NCBI GenBank assembly: GCA_963797095.1
Contig: CAWCNY010000001.1
Span: forward strand, 288,001-352,000
Direction of reading: 5' to 3'
Source of the DNA: an uncultured Chloroflexia bacterium
Lineage (GTDB): Bacteria > Chloroflexota > Chloroflexia > QHBQ01 > JADMIH01
Length of the DNA stretch: 64,000 nt
Part shown: positions 19,439 through 29,730 of the stretch, piece after piece
Numbering within the stretch: the first letter of the stretch is position 1
Layout of the letters: each line of letters opens with the position of its first letter
Made by a program: the position numbers and the translations under genes
The notes under the pieces: model-generated
Databases searched by the model: none
Seen by the model: the letters and a program-made list of their open reading frames with translations, nothing else
What the model was told of the DNA's origin: nothing

Positions 19439-20398
19439 ATGACTACAACCCCGTCCGATATACAGCTAGGCGTTACCCTGTACAGCTATGGCGGCGACTT
19501 CCTGGTGACCATGAGCCTGGAAGATTGCCTTGCGGACATCGCAGACATAGGCGCGACCGGCGTCGAGATCCTGGCCGATACTCACATACCTGGCTATCCC
19601 AATCCCACCGCCGAGTGGATCGAGGAGTGGCACCGGTTGCTCAAGAAGTACAACCTCACCCCTACCTGCTACTCCAGTTGGGTCGATACCCGCCTCCATA
19701 ACGACCGGCCTCTGCCGGTGGACGAAGCCGCGGCCATACTTCGTCGCGATGTAGAGCTTGCTCACAAGCTCGGTTTCACGCTCGTCCGACCGAAGCTTGG
19801 TGTTGTCAGCCAGGACCTCATACCCGATCCGGTGTGGCGCGAGACTGTGAAGCGGGTACTGCCCGATGCACAAAAGTACGGCGTGCGTATTGTACCTGAA
19901 ATCCACGCACCGACGCCGCTCAAATCCAAGATAGTTAACGACTACCTGGCTCTGACGAAGGAGACGGGCACGAGATATTTCGGCCTCCTCGTAGACACGG
20001 GCATATTCCAGGACCGGGAGCGAGCCGCGGAACATGCCGACTCGCAGTACATCTTCGGCCAGGTGATTACCGATCCAGCCATAAAGGCCCGGGTCGATCG
20101 CGAAATGTCCAGGCCTCTGGGTGTAGACCCTGCTGATCTGGCTGAAGTGATGCCATACGTATACCATATACACGGCAAGTTCTGGGAGATGACCGACGAC
20201 CTGACAGATCCTCACATACCGTGGGATAGAGTCATCAAGGCGTTGGTGGAGGGGGGCTACAAAGGCTCGATATCGAGCGAGTACGAAGGAGCCAGAGACC
20301 TCTTCCGCGCCTCGGACATGCTGCGCCGCCAGCACGTGATGCTACGCAGACTTCTGGCTGAGCACGGTGTGGACGTACCTTTCAACCAGTCGGTTTAG
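19439..20398 (+). CDS. C-glycoside deglycosidase alpha subunit-like TIM barrel
   Basis: GVTLYSY, PEIHAP, VDTGIF, HIHGKFWEM, SSEYEG. Confidence 0.85.
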   Translation: MTTTPSDIQLGVTLYSYGGDFLVTMSLEDCLADIADIGATGVEILADTHIPGYPNPTAEWIEEWHRLLKKYNLTPTCYSSWVDTRLHNDRPLPVDEAAAILRRDVELAHKLGFTLVRPKLGVVSQDLIPDPVWRETVKRVLPDAQKYGVRIVPEIHAPTPLKSKIVNDYLALTKETGTRYFGLLVDTGIFQDRERAAEHADSQYIFGQVITDPAIKARVDREMSRPLGVDPADLAEVMPYVYHIHGKFWEMTDDLTDPHIPWDRVIKALVEGGYKGSISSEYEGARDLFRASDMLRRQHVMLRRLLAEHGVDVPFNQSV

Positions 20399-20415
20399 TA
20401 GATGCGTGGTCACGG

Positions 20416-20452
20416 CGAGGGGGATGGCGCGAGCGGTATGCCATCCCCCTCG
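20416..20452. terminator. 13-bp hairpin between convergent genes
   Basis: CGAGGGGGATGGC / GCCATCCCCCTCG. Confidence 0.6.
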
Positions 20453-20477
20453 TCCGTCCCAGACCGAGCGGTTCCAC

Positions 20478-21431
20478 TCACATACCGGTGAGGCGTGCAA
20501 CGACAGTTGCGAAAGGCGCTGGATCCGGTATCCCCCCTAGAATGGTTACGTAGGACAGGCCCAACAGCTCACGGCGCATCTGCAGGTCCTCAATTATCTG
20601 TTCAACGCTCCCTATGAGGGCGTGCGGAGACTGCACGACGTCTGCCGGGGTGGCCGACGCCGCTATTGGGCCCCAGCCCCTCAGGAACTCCGCTGCCGCG
20701 CCCTCCCTGTCGTCAGTGACGGCCACGAACAGCACCGGATGGTTCAGCTCAAGCTCGGTGAAGCGGTCACCGGCTGCAGCCCGAATCCACTCCACTTTCC
20801 GGCGCGTTGCCTCGGCAGTGAGGCTGGTGAAGTCCAGCATGCCATCTCGAGTGGTCCTAAGGTTGAGGCTTACGATGTTGGCCTCGCGGGCAGCCAGCGA
20901 GAGCATTCGCTGCCCGCCGCCGCCCAACAGGATCGGCGGGTGAGGCCGCTGCAATGGCGTGGGCCGCGATACGAGGTTATCGGTCCTGTAGTACTTGCCG
21001 GTGAATGATACCGGCTCTTCCTCTGCGGCAAAGAGTTGCTTGATCAGGCGCACCGCCTCTTCAAGTCGCTCTATACGCATGCCTGGTGGATCGAGAGGCA
21101 TTCCTCTCTCCAAGTAGTCCCCCTGGCGCCACCCTGTGCCCAGGCCAAGCTCCAGGCGCCCCTCTGACAGCACATCTATGGTCGACATCTCTCTGGCCAC
21201 TATGGTCGGGTGCCAGAAGTCATTGCCCAGGACGTAAGAACCGAGCCGCATTCGGCTGGTCAACGCGACAGCGTGCGCAAGGGCTGCTAATGGGGCAAAA
21301 GGGGAGAAAGTGTGATCGGCTACCGAGAACGTAGAGTATCCCTGGTCCTCAGCCTTGCGGATCAGCTCTTTCCAATCTGCCAGCGATCGGCTGCCGAATG
21401 CATTCAGGCCAAAGCGAAACGGTCGTGGCAT
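20478..21431 (-). CDS. LLM class (probably F420-dependent) oxidoreductase
   Basis: RPFRFG, VADH, GRLELGLGTGW, PPILLGGGG.RML. Confidence 0.85.
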   Translation of the reverse strand: MPRPFRFGLNAFGSRSLADWKELIRKAEDQGYSTFSVADHTFSPFAPLAALAHAVALTSRMRLGSYVLGNDFWHPTIVAREMSTIDVLSEGRLELGLGTGWRQGDYLERGMPLDPPGMRIERLEEAVRLIKQLFAAEEEPVSFTGKYYRTDNLVSRPTPLQRPHPPILLGGGGQRMLSLAAREANIVSLNLRTTRDGMLDFTSLTAEATRRKVEWIRAAAGDRFTELELNHPVLFVAVTDDREGAAAEFLRGWGPIAASATPADVVQSPHALIGSVEQIIEDLQMRRELLGLSYVTILGGIPDPAPFATVVARLTGM

Positions 21432-21595
21432 AGGTGCTCCTAAGTTGCGCTTGCTGTGTGAGGCTGTGCCTCGTAGCTATTAGCTATTGCCTACATACCC
21501 CTGGTGCCTAGACTCTAGATGGCTGCGTGCCCACAGCACGCCGCACTCCGCTGTGCAGCACACTGGAGAGCCCACCGGCCCGGGGCGGAGCAGGG

Positions 21596-22750
21596 CTAGC
21601 CGACGCTAACCCACCTCTCCTTACGGGCACTGCGCAGGATAGCTTCTGCTACCACTCGCTCGCGGTGCCCGTCCACGAATGTAGGAAAGTCAGGCGTGGC
21701 CATGAAATCGCCCCTATCCAGGTAGCTGTAGATCAAGCTGCAGAGGCTTCTGAAAGTTTCGAAGTAGCCCTCTACGTGCCCCGCCGGGTAGAAAGCAAAG
21801 TGCCGGATCTCGGGCGGCATGATCGCCCAGTCTTTCAACAACAGCTCGTTGGGCCTATCGCGGTGTCCAATCCACATCTCGTTCGCCTCTTCGGAATCCC
21901 ACGCGATCGATGAACTCGACCCGGTGATTTCATAAGAGAGCCTGTTCTTGCGCCCTGGACACATCTGTGAAACGGTCATTACTCCGCGAGCGCCCCCCGC
22001 ATAGCGAAACAGCACGGTAGCGTAATCTTCCGTAGTGACCTGCTGCTCAATGAATTCCACCTGCACTGGCAGACGGCTCGTGAACGTCTCGACCGGCCGT
22101 CCAGGCTTGCGGCGCACGGGCAGAAAGGTCTTGAAATCGGCCAGCACCGACTCAACTCGCAGGCCCGTCATATGGGAGATCAGGTCCATCCAGTGCGAAC
22201 CGATGTCCGAAACGGTGCGCAACTCGCCGCCCTTTCCCGGCTCAAGCCGCCAGTTCCAATCGGTCGGATACACCAGCCAATCCTGCAGGTACGAGCCCTG
22301 CACAATGCGCACATCACCCAGCTTGCCCTCCTGGACGAGAGCGCGAGCGTGCTGGTTGAGCGGGTAGTAGCGCAGATTGAAGCTCACCGCATTTACCAAC
22401 CGCTTCTCCTTCGCAAGCCTGACCAACTCACCCGATTCTCGGCTGTCCATGGCAAGTGGCTTTTCGCATACGACGTGCTTTCCCGCTTCCAGAGCCGCCT
22501 TCGCTTGCGGAAAGTGCAGGTGATTTGGTGAGGCGACGTGCACAACGTTAATATCAGGGTCTGCAATTAGCTCCTCAGCTGAGCCGTACGACCGCGGCAC
22601 GCCCAGGCTGTTTGCCTTGTCGGCCGCCCGATGGGGGTCGCTGCCGGCTACGGCCAGCACTTCAAGCCCCAGGCTGCGGAGCGCCGCCAGGTGCACCGCG
22701 CCGATGAAGCCGGTGCCGATCAGTCCTATATGCCATCTTCTTTCCGCCAC
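21596..22750 (-). CDS. Gfo/Idh/MocA oxidoreductase
   Basis: GTGFIG, CEKP, YLQDWL..TDWNWR, DIGSHW; GTG start with GGAGGA RBS. Confidence 0.9.
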   Translation of the reverse strand: MAERRWHIGLIGTGFIGAVHLAALRSLGLEVLAVAGSDPHRAADKANSLGVPRSYGSAEELIADPDINVVHVASPNHLHFPQAKAALEAGKHVVCEKPLAMDSRESGELVRLAKEKRLVNAVSFNLRYYPLNQHARALVQEGKLGDVRIVQGSYLQDWLVYPTDWNWRLEPGKGGELRTVSDIGSHWMDLISHMTGLRVESVLADFKTFLPVRRKPGRPVETFTSRLPVQVEFIEQQVTTEDYATVLFRYAGGARGVMTVSQMCPGRKNRLSYEITGSSSSIAWDSEEANEMWIGHRDRPNELLLKDWAIMPPEIRHFAFYPAGHVEGYFETFRSLCSLIYSYLDRGDFMATPDFPTFVDGHRERVVAEAILRSARKERWVSVG

Positions 22751-22953
22751 AGCAGAATCCTCCTGTACGCAAGCAATCGTTATGCCTTGCGCTGCGTTCG
22801 CCACTGGAGCCGCCTTGCTGCGCTTCTCATCCGGGAGGCAGGATGGGAGCATTATCCACCCAGAGGGCAGAGGGAGGCAAGGTCGGTGCGTTGGTAGCGC
22901 TCCTACCTTGCCTCCCTGCCTCGGTCCTCAGGAGATCGGGTTACGCACGCAAA

Positions 22954-23953
22954 CTAAAACAGTGTTGCTTCGATAGTCCTTATCAACTGGTGGTGACGCT
23001 GGATCTGCTCAAAGGCGTCCAGGTCTGCATTCCAGTGATGCCCCTCATACTCGGTTGACACATAACCCTTGTAGCCAGCTTCATGCAGGGTTTTGACTAT
23101 TTCAGGATAGCGAACGGCGTTCTCGTTGAGGTTTTCGTCGATATGGAAGAACTTACCATGAACGTGGAACACGTGCTGGATGATCTTCGTGAACATTTCC
23201 GGGTCTCCGTCGATAAAGTACTGCGTCGAATTCAAGACCCATAAGCTGAGCAAGCTCGTCGCCGCCAGCCTCCTTAATCAGGTCTACAACTTCAGGTTCG
23301 AATTTCTCGCCGAAATTCTTGCCCTTCTTCCCAATTTTGTTCCACCAGTCAGTTATGAGTGAGATATACCTCTCATCAACGCCCTGATCTCTGAAGCGCT
23401 TGTAGTAGACGTCACTGGGCTCCCGGCACATTGTGCCGCAGTCAATACAGACACCAAGGTGCTCAGGGAACTTCTCGCAAAGCTCGATTTTCGAACCGAT
23501 GAGCTCCATGGGAGTGGGGCAGTGAACCTCGTAGACGAACTTCATGCCAACTTTCTCACAGTATGCACCGATCCTCTCATACATGCTGAATCGGTAGCCG
23601 GAACGGAGGATAGGGAAGCCCAGCTTCTTGGCTGCGTCAATCTGCACCTTCAGGAACTCGAAGGCTTCATCATCTGTGACAAAACGATGAGCAGGACGAG
23701 AGAGGTCCGAGTAGCCGCTGTAGCAGGCGGGCACGAGGCCATATTTGTCGAAGGCGCTCCTGAGTTTGTGCTCAACTTCCAGCGAGAGATATGGATATGA
23801 GCGGTCGAACATCGGAGTGACGATCTCAAGACAGGTGCCCTCTCCGAGGGAACCGATCAAACGCAGGATGTCGTCAAACGAGTACGTGTAATTGTAGTAT
23901 TCTCGGTTGAAGCTGTACATCGTAACGCCCAGCTTCAATGGCTCTTTAGTCAT
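22954..23953 (-). pseudogene. C-glycoside deglycosidase alpha subunit-like gene with a single frameshift near 23230
   Basis: The 5' ORF carries GVTMYSF, YEVHC and IDCG; HVHGKF and STEYEG lie in a different frame (22954-23253). Confidence 0.8.
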
Positions 23954-23967
23954 CGTCTTTTCCTCCC

Positions 23968-24375
23968 TCAGGCCGCTACATTCTCGTAGACCATTTTCTT
24001 CTGGCAGACGCCATACTCAACAAAGTCGTGAGAGTCCAGATATGGGATACGCACCTGCGCCATCAACCTCACGTCATGCTCTCCTTGAGAGAGAGGCTCG
24101 TCAAGGTGAAGCTCAATGGTCTTGGTATCGAGGACAAACCATTGCTCATCTATAAGCTCATGGAGCTGATCCAGGGTGTAGACGTATCCATCGGCCTGAA
24201 GTCTTAGTGACGTCCTGGGTATGTCCTTGCCATCGATCCTGAACTTCAGATCAGCTACTGCGGATAGCGGAAGCGAGCGATACCAGGGTAATCGCATCCT
24301 TACACATACAATCTTGTCGTCTTTGCTGTTCTTGGGGAACAAGTCATCGCCTCCAAGCATAAGCTCGTCATGCAT
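23968..24375 (-). CDS. C-glycoside deglycosidase beta subunit-like (DUF6379)
   Basis: RLPWYRSLPLS, QWFVLD, GEHDV, RIPY; AGGAGG RBS. Confidence 0.8.
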   Translation of the reverse strand: MHDELMLGGDDLFPKNSKDDKIVCVRMRLPWYRSLPLSAVADLKFRIDGKDIPRTSLRLQADGYVYTLDQLHELIDEQWFVLDTKTIELHLDEPLSQGEHDVRLMAQVRIPYLDSHDFVEYGVCQKKMVYENVAA

Positions 24376-24410
24376 GGGAGCACCTCCTTTTGTAGTTTGC
24401 TGCTCCAGTC

Positions 24411-24454
24411 TTCCCACATTTCTACCGGTTGGAATTACGGTAGAAATGTGGGAA
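24411..24454. promoter_or_regulatory. Perfect 17-bp inverted repeat with 10-nt spacer upstream of the beta gene
   Basis: TTCCCACATTTCTACCG-N10-CGGTAGAAATGTGGGAA. Confidence 0.6.
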
Positions 24455-24542
24455 TTGAGGTGGGAGTTCCGGCCTCCTTTTGTGCGCTCCAAGATTATCC
24501 GGCGGCAAGAGGCGCAGGATAACTCCCAACTCTACTTCACTT

Positions 24543-25694
24543 CTATACCGTAGCCAGCTCCTCGCCCATGTGAATCACATCGCCGGACGCCGCGGATCTA
24601 TAGATGGCTTCCAGGATGAGCGTAACGGCATAGGCTTGCTCAGGCTTGACCACCAACTCGGCGCCATTGCGCACGGCGTTGAGCCAAGCCTCCTGCTCCT
24701 TGAACATACCAGGGAAGTCTTCCTTCGCGTCCGGGCCGCCGATGAAGGAGGCGCCCAGCGTGTAATTCTGGATGTACAGTTGCCCGTCGTTTTCGCCGTT
24801 GACCCTCACCTGGTAGCTGGGAGCCGACTGGAAATCGGCTGTGCGTACGACCGGTCCCGTGGGTGGGAACATATCTGCTCCGGCCCTGGTGCCACAAAGC
24901 ATAGTCATTGCCTCGTTGGCGACAATCATATTGATAGCCCAGGAAGCTTCAAGCACGATTGTAGCGCCGTTCTTCATCCTTACCAGTCCGAAAGCGCTAT
25001 CCTCGACCTCATAGTTGTCGGGATCCCACGGGCCCATGCCATTGGCCGGGCTGCCGATCTTGCCGATCTTGTCGAAAGTCGAGCCGAGCACGGTGTCAGG
25101 CTCGTAGTTGTTCATCATCCAGAGGGTGAGGTCCAGCGCGTGAGTGCCCAGGTCAATAAGGGGGCCTCCGCCCTGCTTCTCTTTGTCCATGAACACGCCC
25201 CACGTCGGCACGCCTCGACGCCTGGTAGCGAACGCCTTGCCCAGGTAGATATCGCCAAGCTCGCCGTTGTCGGCCATCTTCTTCATAAGGAGCGAGTCCT
25301 CGCGGAAGCGGTTCTGGTAGCCGATTGTGAGGAGCCTGCCGGTCTCTCTGTACGCGTCGAGCATCGCTTTGGCATCGGCAGCGGTCTTGGCCATCGGCTT
25401 CTCGCACAGGACGTGCTTGCCGGCCCTCAGGGCAGCGACCGTGATTTCGGCGTGCGAGATATTGGGCGTGCAGACGTGTACCACGTCAATGTCGTCGCGA
25501 GCTATCAAATCGTGGTAGTTCTCATAGACGGCGGCATCGGGGGTGCCGTATTGCTTGGCGCATGCCTCGGCCTTCTCCACTATGATGTCGCAAAAAGCCA
25601 CCATCTCAGCATCGTCGCGGCGCGCGAGGGAGGGCATATGCTTGCGAGTGGCGATAAAGCCGCAGCCCACGATACCCACTCTTGTCTTTTTCAC
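24543..25694 (-). CDS. Gfo/Idh/MocA oxidoreductase, YcjS/LgdC-like, copy 2
   Basis: GCGFIATRKH, CEKP, RRRGVPTWG, GGGPLIDLGTH. Confidence 0.85.
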   Translation of the reverse strand: MKKTRVGIVGCGFIATRKHMPSLARRDDAEMVAFCDIIVEKAEACAKQYGTPDAAVYENYHDLIARDDIDVVHVCTPNISHAEITVAALRAGKHVLCEKPMAKTAADAKAMLDAYRETGRLLTIGYQNRFREDSLLMKKMADNGELGDIYLGKAFATRRRGVPTWGVFMDKEKQGGGPLIDLGTHALDLTLWMMNNYEPDTVLGSTFDKIGKIGSPANGMGPWDPDNYEVEDSAFGLVRMKNGATIVLEASWAINMIVANEAMTMLCGTRAGADMFPPTGPVVRTADFQSAPSYQVRVNGENDGQLYIQNYTLGASFIGGPDAKEDFPGMFKEQEAWLNAVRNGAELVVKPEQAYAVTLILEAIYRSAASGDVIHMGEELATV

Positions 25695-25809
25695 CTTTGT
25701 TCTCCTTTCATTATTCCTGTTGGTAGATTGGATTGCTATTAGCCTGTCTGTCCCACGGAGCGAGCTCCGGCTGTGGGACAGGCGTAAATCCCAAGAGCCA
25801 CGGCTTGCG

Positions 25810-26805
25810 CTAGCCGGCCAGCGCCATACCATAGGCGGCAGCGCCGAGTAAGCCCACTTTCGGGTTCAAAATGACGCGTACGGGCACGTTGCTCAGCATT
25901 TCGCGGAATCGCCCCTTGCTGTGCATTGCCTCCAAAAACGCGGGCTTCTGCAGTTGCTCCACTATACGCGGAGACATGCCTCCGCTCAGGTAAAGCCCGC
26001 CCGTGGCCAGCACCTTGAGCGCCAGGTTGCCTGCTTCCCCTCCCAGGATAGCCACGAATAGGTCGATGACCGCACAGGCCAGGTCACACTGCTTCGTCGG
26101 GTCCTGCGCTGCCGCCAGAATAACGGGTGTGGGGTCGGCGGCAGCGGCCAACTGCTCCGCCAGCCAGTCAGGCTCCGGGTACCCAATCGATTTCAGGTAG
26201 CTGTACAGGTTTGGAATACCCAGTCCACCCGAGCAGACGCGCTCGACGCTCACGTGATCGAAGCCCTTTTTGTTCATATACTGCAGCAGGCCTATTTGCA
26301 GTTCGCCGACAGGCCCGAACGATACATGACTCCCCTCGCAGCCATAAGGGTGGTAGCGCCCTTCAGCCCAAGTTAGGAACCCTTCGCCAAGGCCGGTGCC
26401 CGGCGCCAGCACACCGATATTGCCTTCGGGGAGCGCCGTGCCTTCGTTGAGTGTAAATATATCCTCCGGCTGCAGGCTCGGGATAGCATTCGCTATTCCC
26501 TGCATGTCGTTCAGCACTGCCACGGCCTTCCAGTCGAATGTCGACTTGATTGTCGGTCCGTCGATTACCCAGGTCAGGTTTGTGATTTTCGCCCGCTGAG
26601 CGAGCACCGGCCCGGCTACCGCGAAGCATGCCGTATCAACGGGCATCTCTACGGTGGCCAGAAACTCGCGGATCATATACTCGAGGCTGGTATACCGCCC
26701 GCTCGGAAAACTGATTTCGGCCAAGGGCTGGCTCAACCCGGCATCGCTGGAGTAGACCGCCAGGATGGTCTTTGTACCGCCGATGTCACCTGCAAGTACA
26801 TTCAT
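25810..26805 (-). CDS. glk: Glucokinase
   Basis: LAGDIGGTKT, AVAGPV, ITNL.W, LND, APGTGLG, EGSH, SVERVCSG. Confidence 0.9.
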   Translation of the reverse strand: MNVLAGDIGGTKTILAVYSSDAGLSQPLAEISFPSGRYTSLEYMIREFLATVEMPVDTACFAVAGPVLAQRAKITNLTWVIDGPTIKSTFDWKAVAVLNDMQGIANAIPSLQPEDIFTLNEGTALPEGNIGVLAPGTGLGEGFLTWAEGRYHPYGCEGSHVSFGPVGELQIGLLQYMNKKGFDHVSVERVCSGGLGIPNLYSYLKSIGYPEPDWLAEQLAAAADPTPVILAAAQDPTKQCDLACAVIDLFVAILGGEAGNLALKVLATGGLYLSGGMSPRIVEQLQKPAFLEAMHSKGRFREMLSNVPVRVILNPKVGLLGAAAYGMALAG

Positions 26806-26807
26806 GG

Positions 26808-27770
26808 CTAGGCCCACCACATGGCTGCCGGCTGCTCGATCAGCAGCACGTCCTTGAGGAAGCTCACCGCCCGCTGGAACCCCTCGTCCACCGACGCCAT
26901 AGCGTCCTCGTGTTCTATGGAAAGCACGCCGTCGTAGCCCACAAGCCGAAGGGTGCTCACGAGAGTGCGCCAGGTTAGCTGGTCGTGGCCGTAGCCGACG
27001 GTACGGAAGGTCCACGAGCGGTGCAACAGGTCGCTGTACGGCTTGGTATCGAGCACCCCGTTGACGGCCACGTTGAGCTTGTCCACGAAGGTATCCTTGG
27101 CGTGCACGTGGTGGATTGCCCCGCCCAGGGCGCGTATCGAAGCTTCCGGTTCGATGCCCTGCCAGAATAGATGGCTCGGGTCGTAGTTGGCCCCCACGAC
27201 CGGCCCGACAGCTTCGCGCAGCCGCAAGAGCGTCTCCGGGTTGTAGACGATGAAGCCCGGGTGCATTTCAAACGCCAGCTTCACCCCGTTATCGGCGGCG
27301 AACTTGCCTGCTTCCCGCCAGTAAGGGATCGCCTTTTCCTCCCACTGCCATTTGAGCAGCTCCTCAAATTCCGGAGGCCACGCGCAGGTTACCCAGTTAG
27401 GGTATTTGCCTCTGTCCGAATCGCCGGGACAGCCGGAGAATAGGTTGATCACCCCCACGCCCAGTTCCGTCGCGAGGTGTACAGTGTCGCGGTAAACGCT
27501 GTCGTACTGCCTAGCTGTATCGGGGTCGGGGTGCAGAGGGTTGCCGTGACACGAAAGAGCGCTTATCACCAGCCCGCGCGCTTCGACGGCCTTGCGCAGT
27601 GCGGCAGCCGCCTGCTTATTCTTGAGCAGCTCGGCGGGGTTGGCGTGGGTATTGCCAGGCCAGGCGCCGGTGCCGAACTCAACGGCCTGCAGGCCCATCG
27701 AGGCCACATTGTCCAGCACCTCCTCCAGCGGGCGATCCTGGAAAAGCACAGTAAGAACTCCAAGCTTCAT
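26808..27770 (-). CDS. Sugar phosphate isomerase/epimerase TIM barrel, candidate 2-hydroxy-3-keto-glucal hydratase
   Basis: LSCHGNPLHP, WVTCAWPP, FEMHPG, DPSHLFWQG, HVHAKD, SIEHED; a family distinct from the 14 alpha subunits. Confidence 0.75.
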   Translation of the reverse strand: MKLGVLTVLFQDRPLEEVLDNVASMGLQAVEFGTGAWPGNTHANPAELLKNKQAAAALRKAVEARGLVISALSCHGNPLHPDPDTARQYDSVYRDTVHLATELGVGVINLFSGCPGDSDRGKYPNWVTCAWPPEFEELLKWQWEEKAIPYWREAGKFAADNGVKLAFEMHPGFIVYNPETLLRLREAVGPVVGANYDPSHLFWQGIEPEASIRALGGAIHHVHAKDTFVDKLNVAVNGVLDTKPYSDLLHRSWTFRTVGYGHDQLTWRTLVSTLRLVGYDGVLSIEHEDAMASVDEGFQRAVSFLKDVLLIEQPAAMWWA

Positions 27771-27953
27771 AGACGGCCTCCTTTTTGCTCTCGTCGGTGA
27801 GCGTAACCATGCAATCACCGATCAAGGCCTAACTCCGAACATCTATTCCGCTAGGGTGAATGCTTCTCCTGCTGAGCACAAGGGTATATCGTTGCGGGTC
27901 TTCCCCTGTGTGCGCAGCACGTAGTCGCGTAGTAGTAGTATATGAAGCATTCA

Positions 27954-29168
27954 CTAAAGCGAATCAGATACGTCGGACACCGCTATCCACCGCTCCTCAC
28001 GGGCGCTGCGCAGGATAACTTCTGCCACCAGCCGCTCACGATGCCCGTCCTCAAAAGTTGGGAAAGTGGGCGCGGCCGCAACGTCGCCCCTGTCCAGGTA
28101 GCCATAGAAGTCCCGGCAAAGGCTTCCCAAAGGGTCAGGTGAGACATTGAAGGCACCCGAGGGGTAGCCGCCACTTGCAGCGTCACCTGCAGGGTCGCCG
28201 AAGTCGGAGCCCTCTTCCTCCGACGCGTTGGGTCGATCCTTGTGCAGCATCTGGTTGGGTCGATCCTTGTGCAGCATCTGGTTGGGTCGGTCCCAGTGCC
28301 CTATCCATAGCTCATGCGGCTCGTCAGCGCTCCATGCGATGGCCTCGCGCCAGCCGTCGATCTCATACGTAGTTCTGTTCTTGCGTCCGGCGCTGACCCG
28401 GCAGACAGTCAGGACGCTTCGCGCCCCATCTGAATACCTAAGAAAGACGCCCGCATAATCGTCGGTTCTGGCCTCAAGGCCATGCAGCTTCTCATCATCC
28501 TGAACTTGTGCCGGCGATCCCTCGCTGGGAGCACCGCTCCGTCGGGCGGGCTTGCGAGCCACCGACCAGAAGGCGCCCATATCGGCCATAACGGCCTCCA
28601 CTTCCAGCCCCGTGATATATGAGATCAGGTCGATCCGGTGGCCGCCCACGTCCAATGCAGAGGGGATCTCGTCCGCCGGCATCGGCGCCAGGCGCCAATC
28701 CTGCAAGCATGAACCTCGCACGACGTACACGTCTCCAAGCTCCTGGCTCCTAGCCAGCACGTCCACGTGCTGGCTAGGAGGGTAGTACCGCAGGTTGAAC
28801 ACCGTCGCGTTTGCCACCCGCTTTTGCGCCGCGAGCCGGGCCAGCTGATAGGACTCCCTCGGATTCATCGCCAGCGGAGTTTCGCAGGCTACATGTTTAC
28901 GAGCTTCCAGGGAGGCTCTGACCTGCGAGAAGTGCAGATCAGCTGGCGTGGTGATATGCACGACGTCGACCTCAGGGTCGACCAGTAGTTCCTCGGCCGA
29001 GTTGTATAGCCGAGCCATTCTGAATTGCCGGGCTACCTGCTTAGTCTCGTGCGGGTCACTGCCTGCAAGAGCCACGATGCTGTTCCCCAGGCCACTCAGA
29101 GTCTCAAGGTGCGACATGGCAATCGAGTCTGTGCCGATCACACCACGACGCCATTTTGTTCCGACCAT
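27954..29168 (-). CDS. Degenerate Gfo/Idh/MocA paralog of 21596-22750
   Basis: Collinear with the 21.6-kb gene but GTDSIA replaces GTGFIG and CETP replaces CEKP; internal 27-bp duplication. Confidence 0.65.
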   Translation of the reverse strand: MVGTKWRRGVIGTDSIAMSHLETLSGLGNSIVALAGSDPHETKQVARQFRMARLYNSAEELLVDPEVDVVHITTPADLHFSQVRASLEARKHVACETPLAMNPRESYQLARLAAQKRVANATVFNLRYYPPSQHVDVLARSQELGDVYVVRGSCLQDWRLAPMPADEIPSALDVGGHRIDLISYITGLEVEAVMADMGAFWSVARKPARRSGAPSEGSPAQVQDDEKLHGLEARTDDYAGVFLRYSDGARSVLTVCRVSAGRKNRTTYEIDGWREAIAWSADEPHELWIGHWDRPNQMLHKDRPNQMLHKDRPNASEEEGSDFGDPAGDAASGGYPSGAFNVSPDPLGSLCRDFYGYLDRGDVAAAPTFPTFEDGHRERLVAEVILRSAREERWIAVSDVSDSL

Positions 29169-29282
29169 CGTCACTCCCTTCACTCGGCCCCCTCCCCAGT
29201 CAGCCCCAGCACTAGCGCATTTCCAACAGAGGTTCGCGAAATCAGGCTTCTCTTCCCCAGCAAATCAGCACGTAAGGGCCAG

Positions 29283-29687
29283 TCAACTCGCCAGGGTAAG
29301 TTGCTTGCTGTCCTGACCGAAGAAACCTTTCCCGCCGAAAGAGAGGATGTAGGAGATCACCATGTGCTGCCGCAGCTCCACCGTGTGCTCGCCCGGCGCC
29401 AGGCCGCCCGGTTTGTCCACGGTCAGGATGCCGACATCTCCAAACTCCCACTTCTCTTCCGTTTCGTTCTTGATTTCGCTCAAGCGGAAGTTGTGGCCGT
29501 TGATGGTAAGCGTTATCTGCTCGGGAGCGAAGCGCTCGCCGTCGACGGTGAGATCCGTATCGCCCAGCAGCGACAGCACGACGCCGCGATAATAGGGCAG
29601 GCGTATACCGATCTGGAAACCGGTCACCTTGCCCTCCTGCTCGACGTTGCGGAATACCTCACCCACGATCAAATACTTGTCAAACAT
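29283..29687 (-). CDS. C-glycoside deglycosidase beta subunit-like (DUF6379, YYRG class)
   Basis: MFDKY, RLPYYRG, WEFGD, KPGGLAPGEH. Confidence 0.85.
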   Translation of the reverse strand: MFDKYLIVGEVFRNVEQEGKVTGFQIGIRLPYYRGVVLSLLGDTDLTVDGERFAPEQITLTINGHNFRLSEIKNETEEKWEFGDVGILTVDKPGGLAPGEHTVELRQHMVISYILSFGGKGFFGQDSKQLTLAS

Positions 29688-29730
29688 CGTACATTTACCT
29701 CCCCTGCCCACCGGCAGGCTCAACTCGTGA

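Noticed and set aside
29195-29280. Possible remnant of a cupin 3' end (PLRADLLGKR versus PVRSDLLERR)
   Set aside because: Match too short to distinguish from chance
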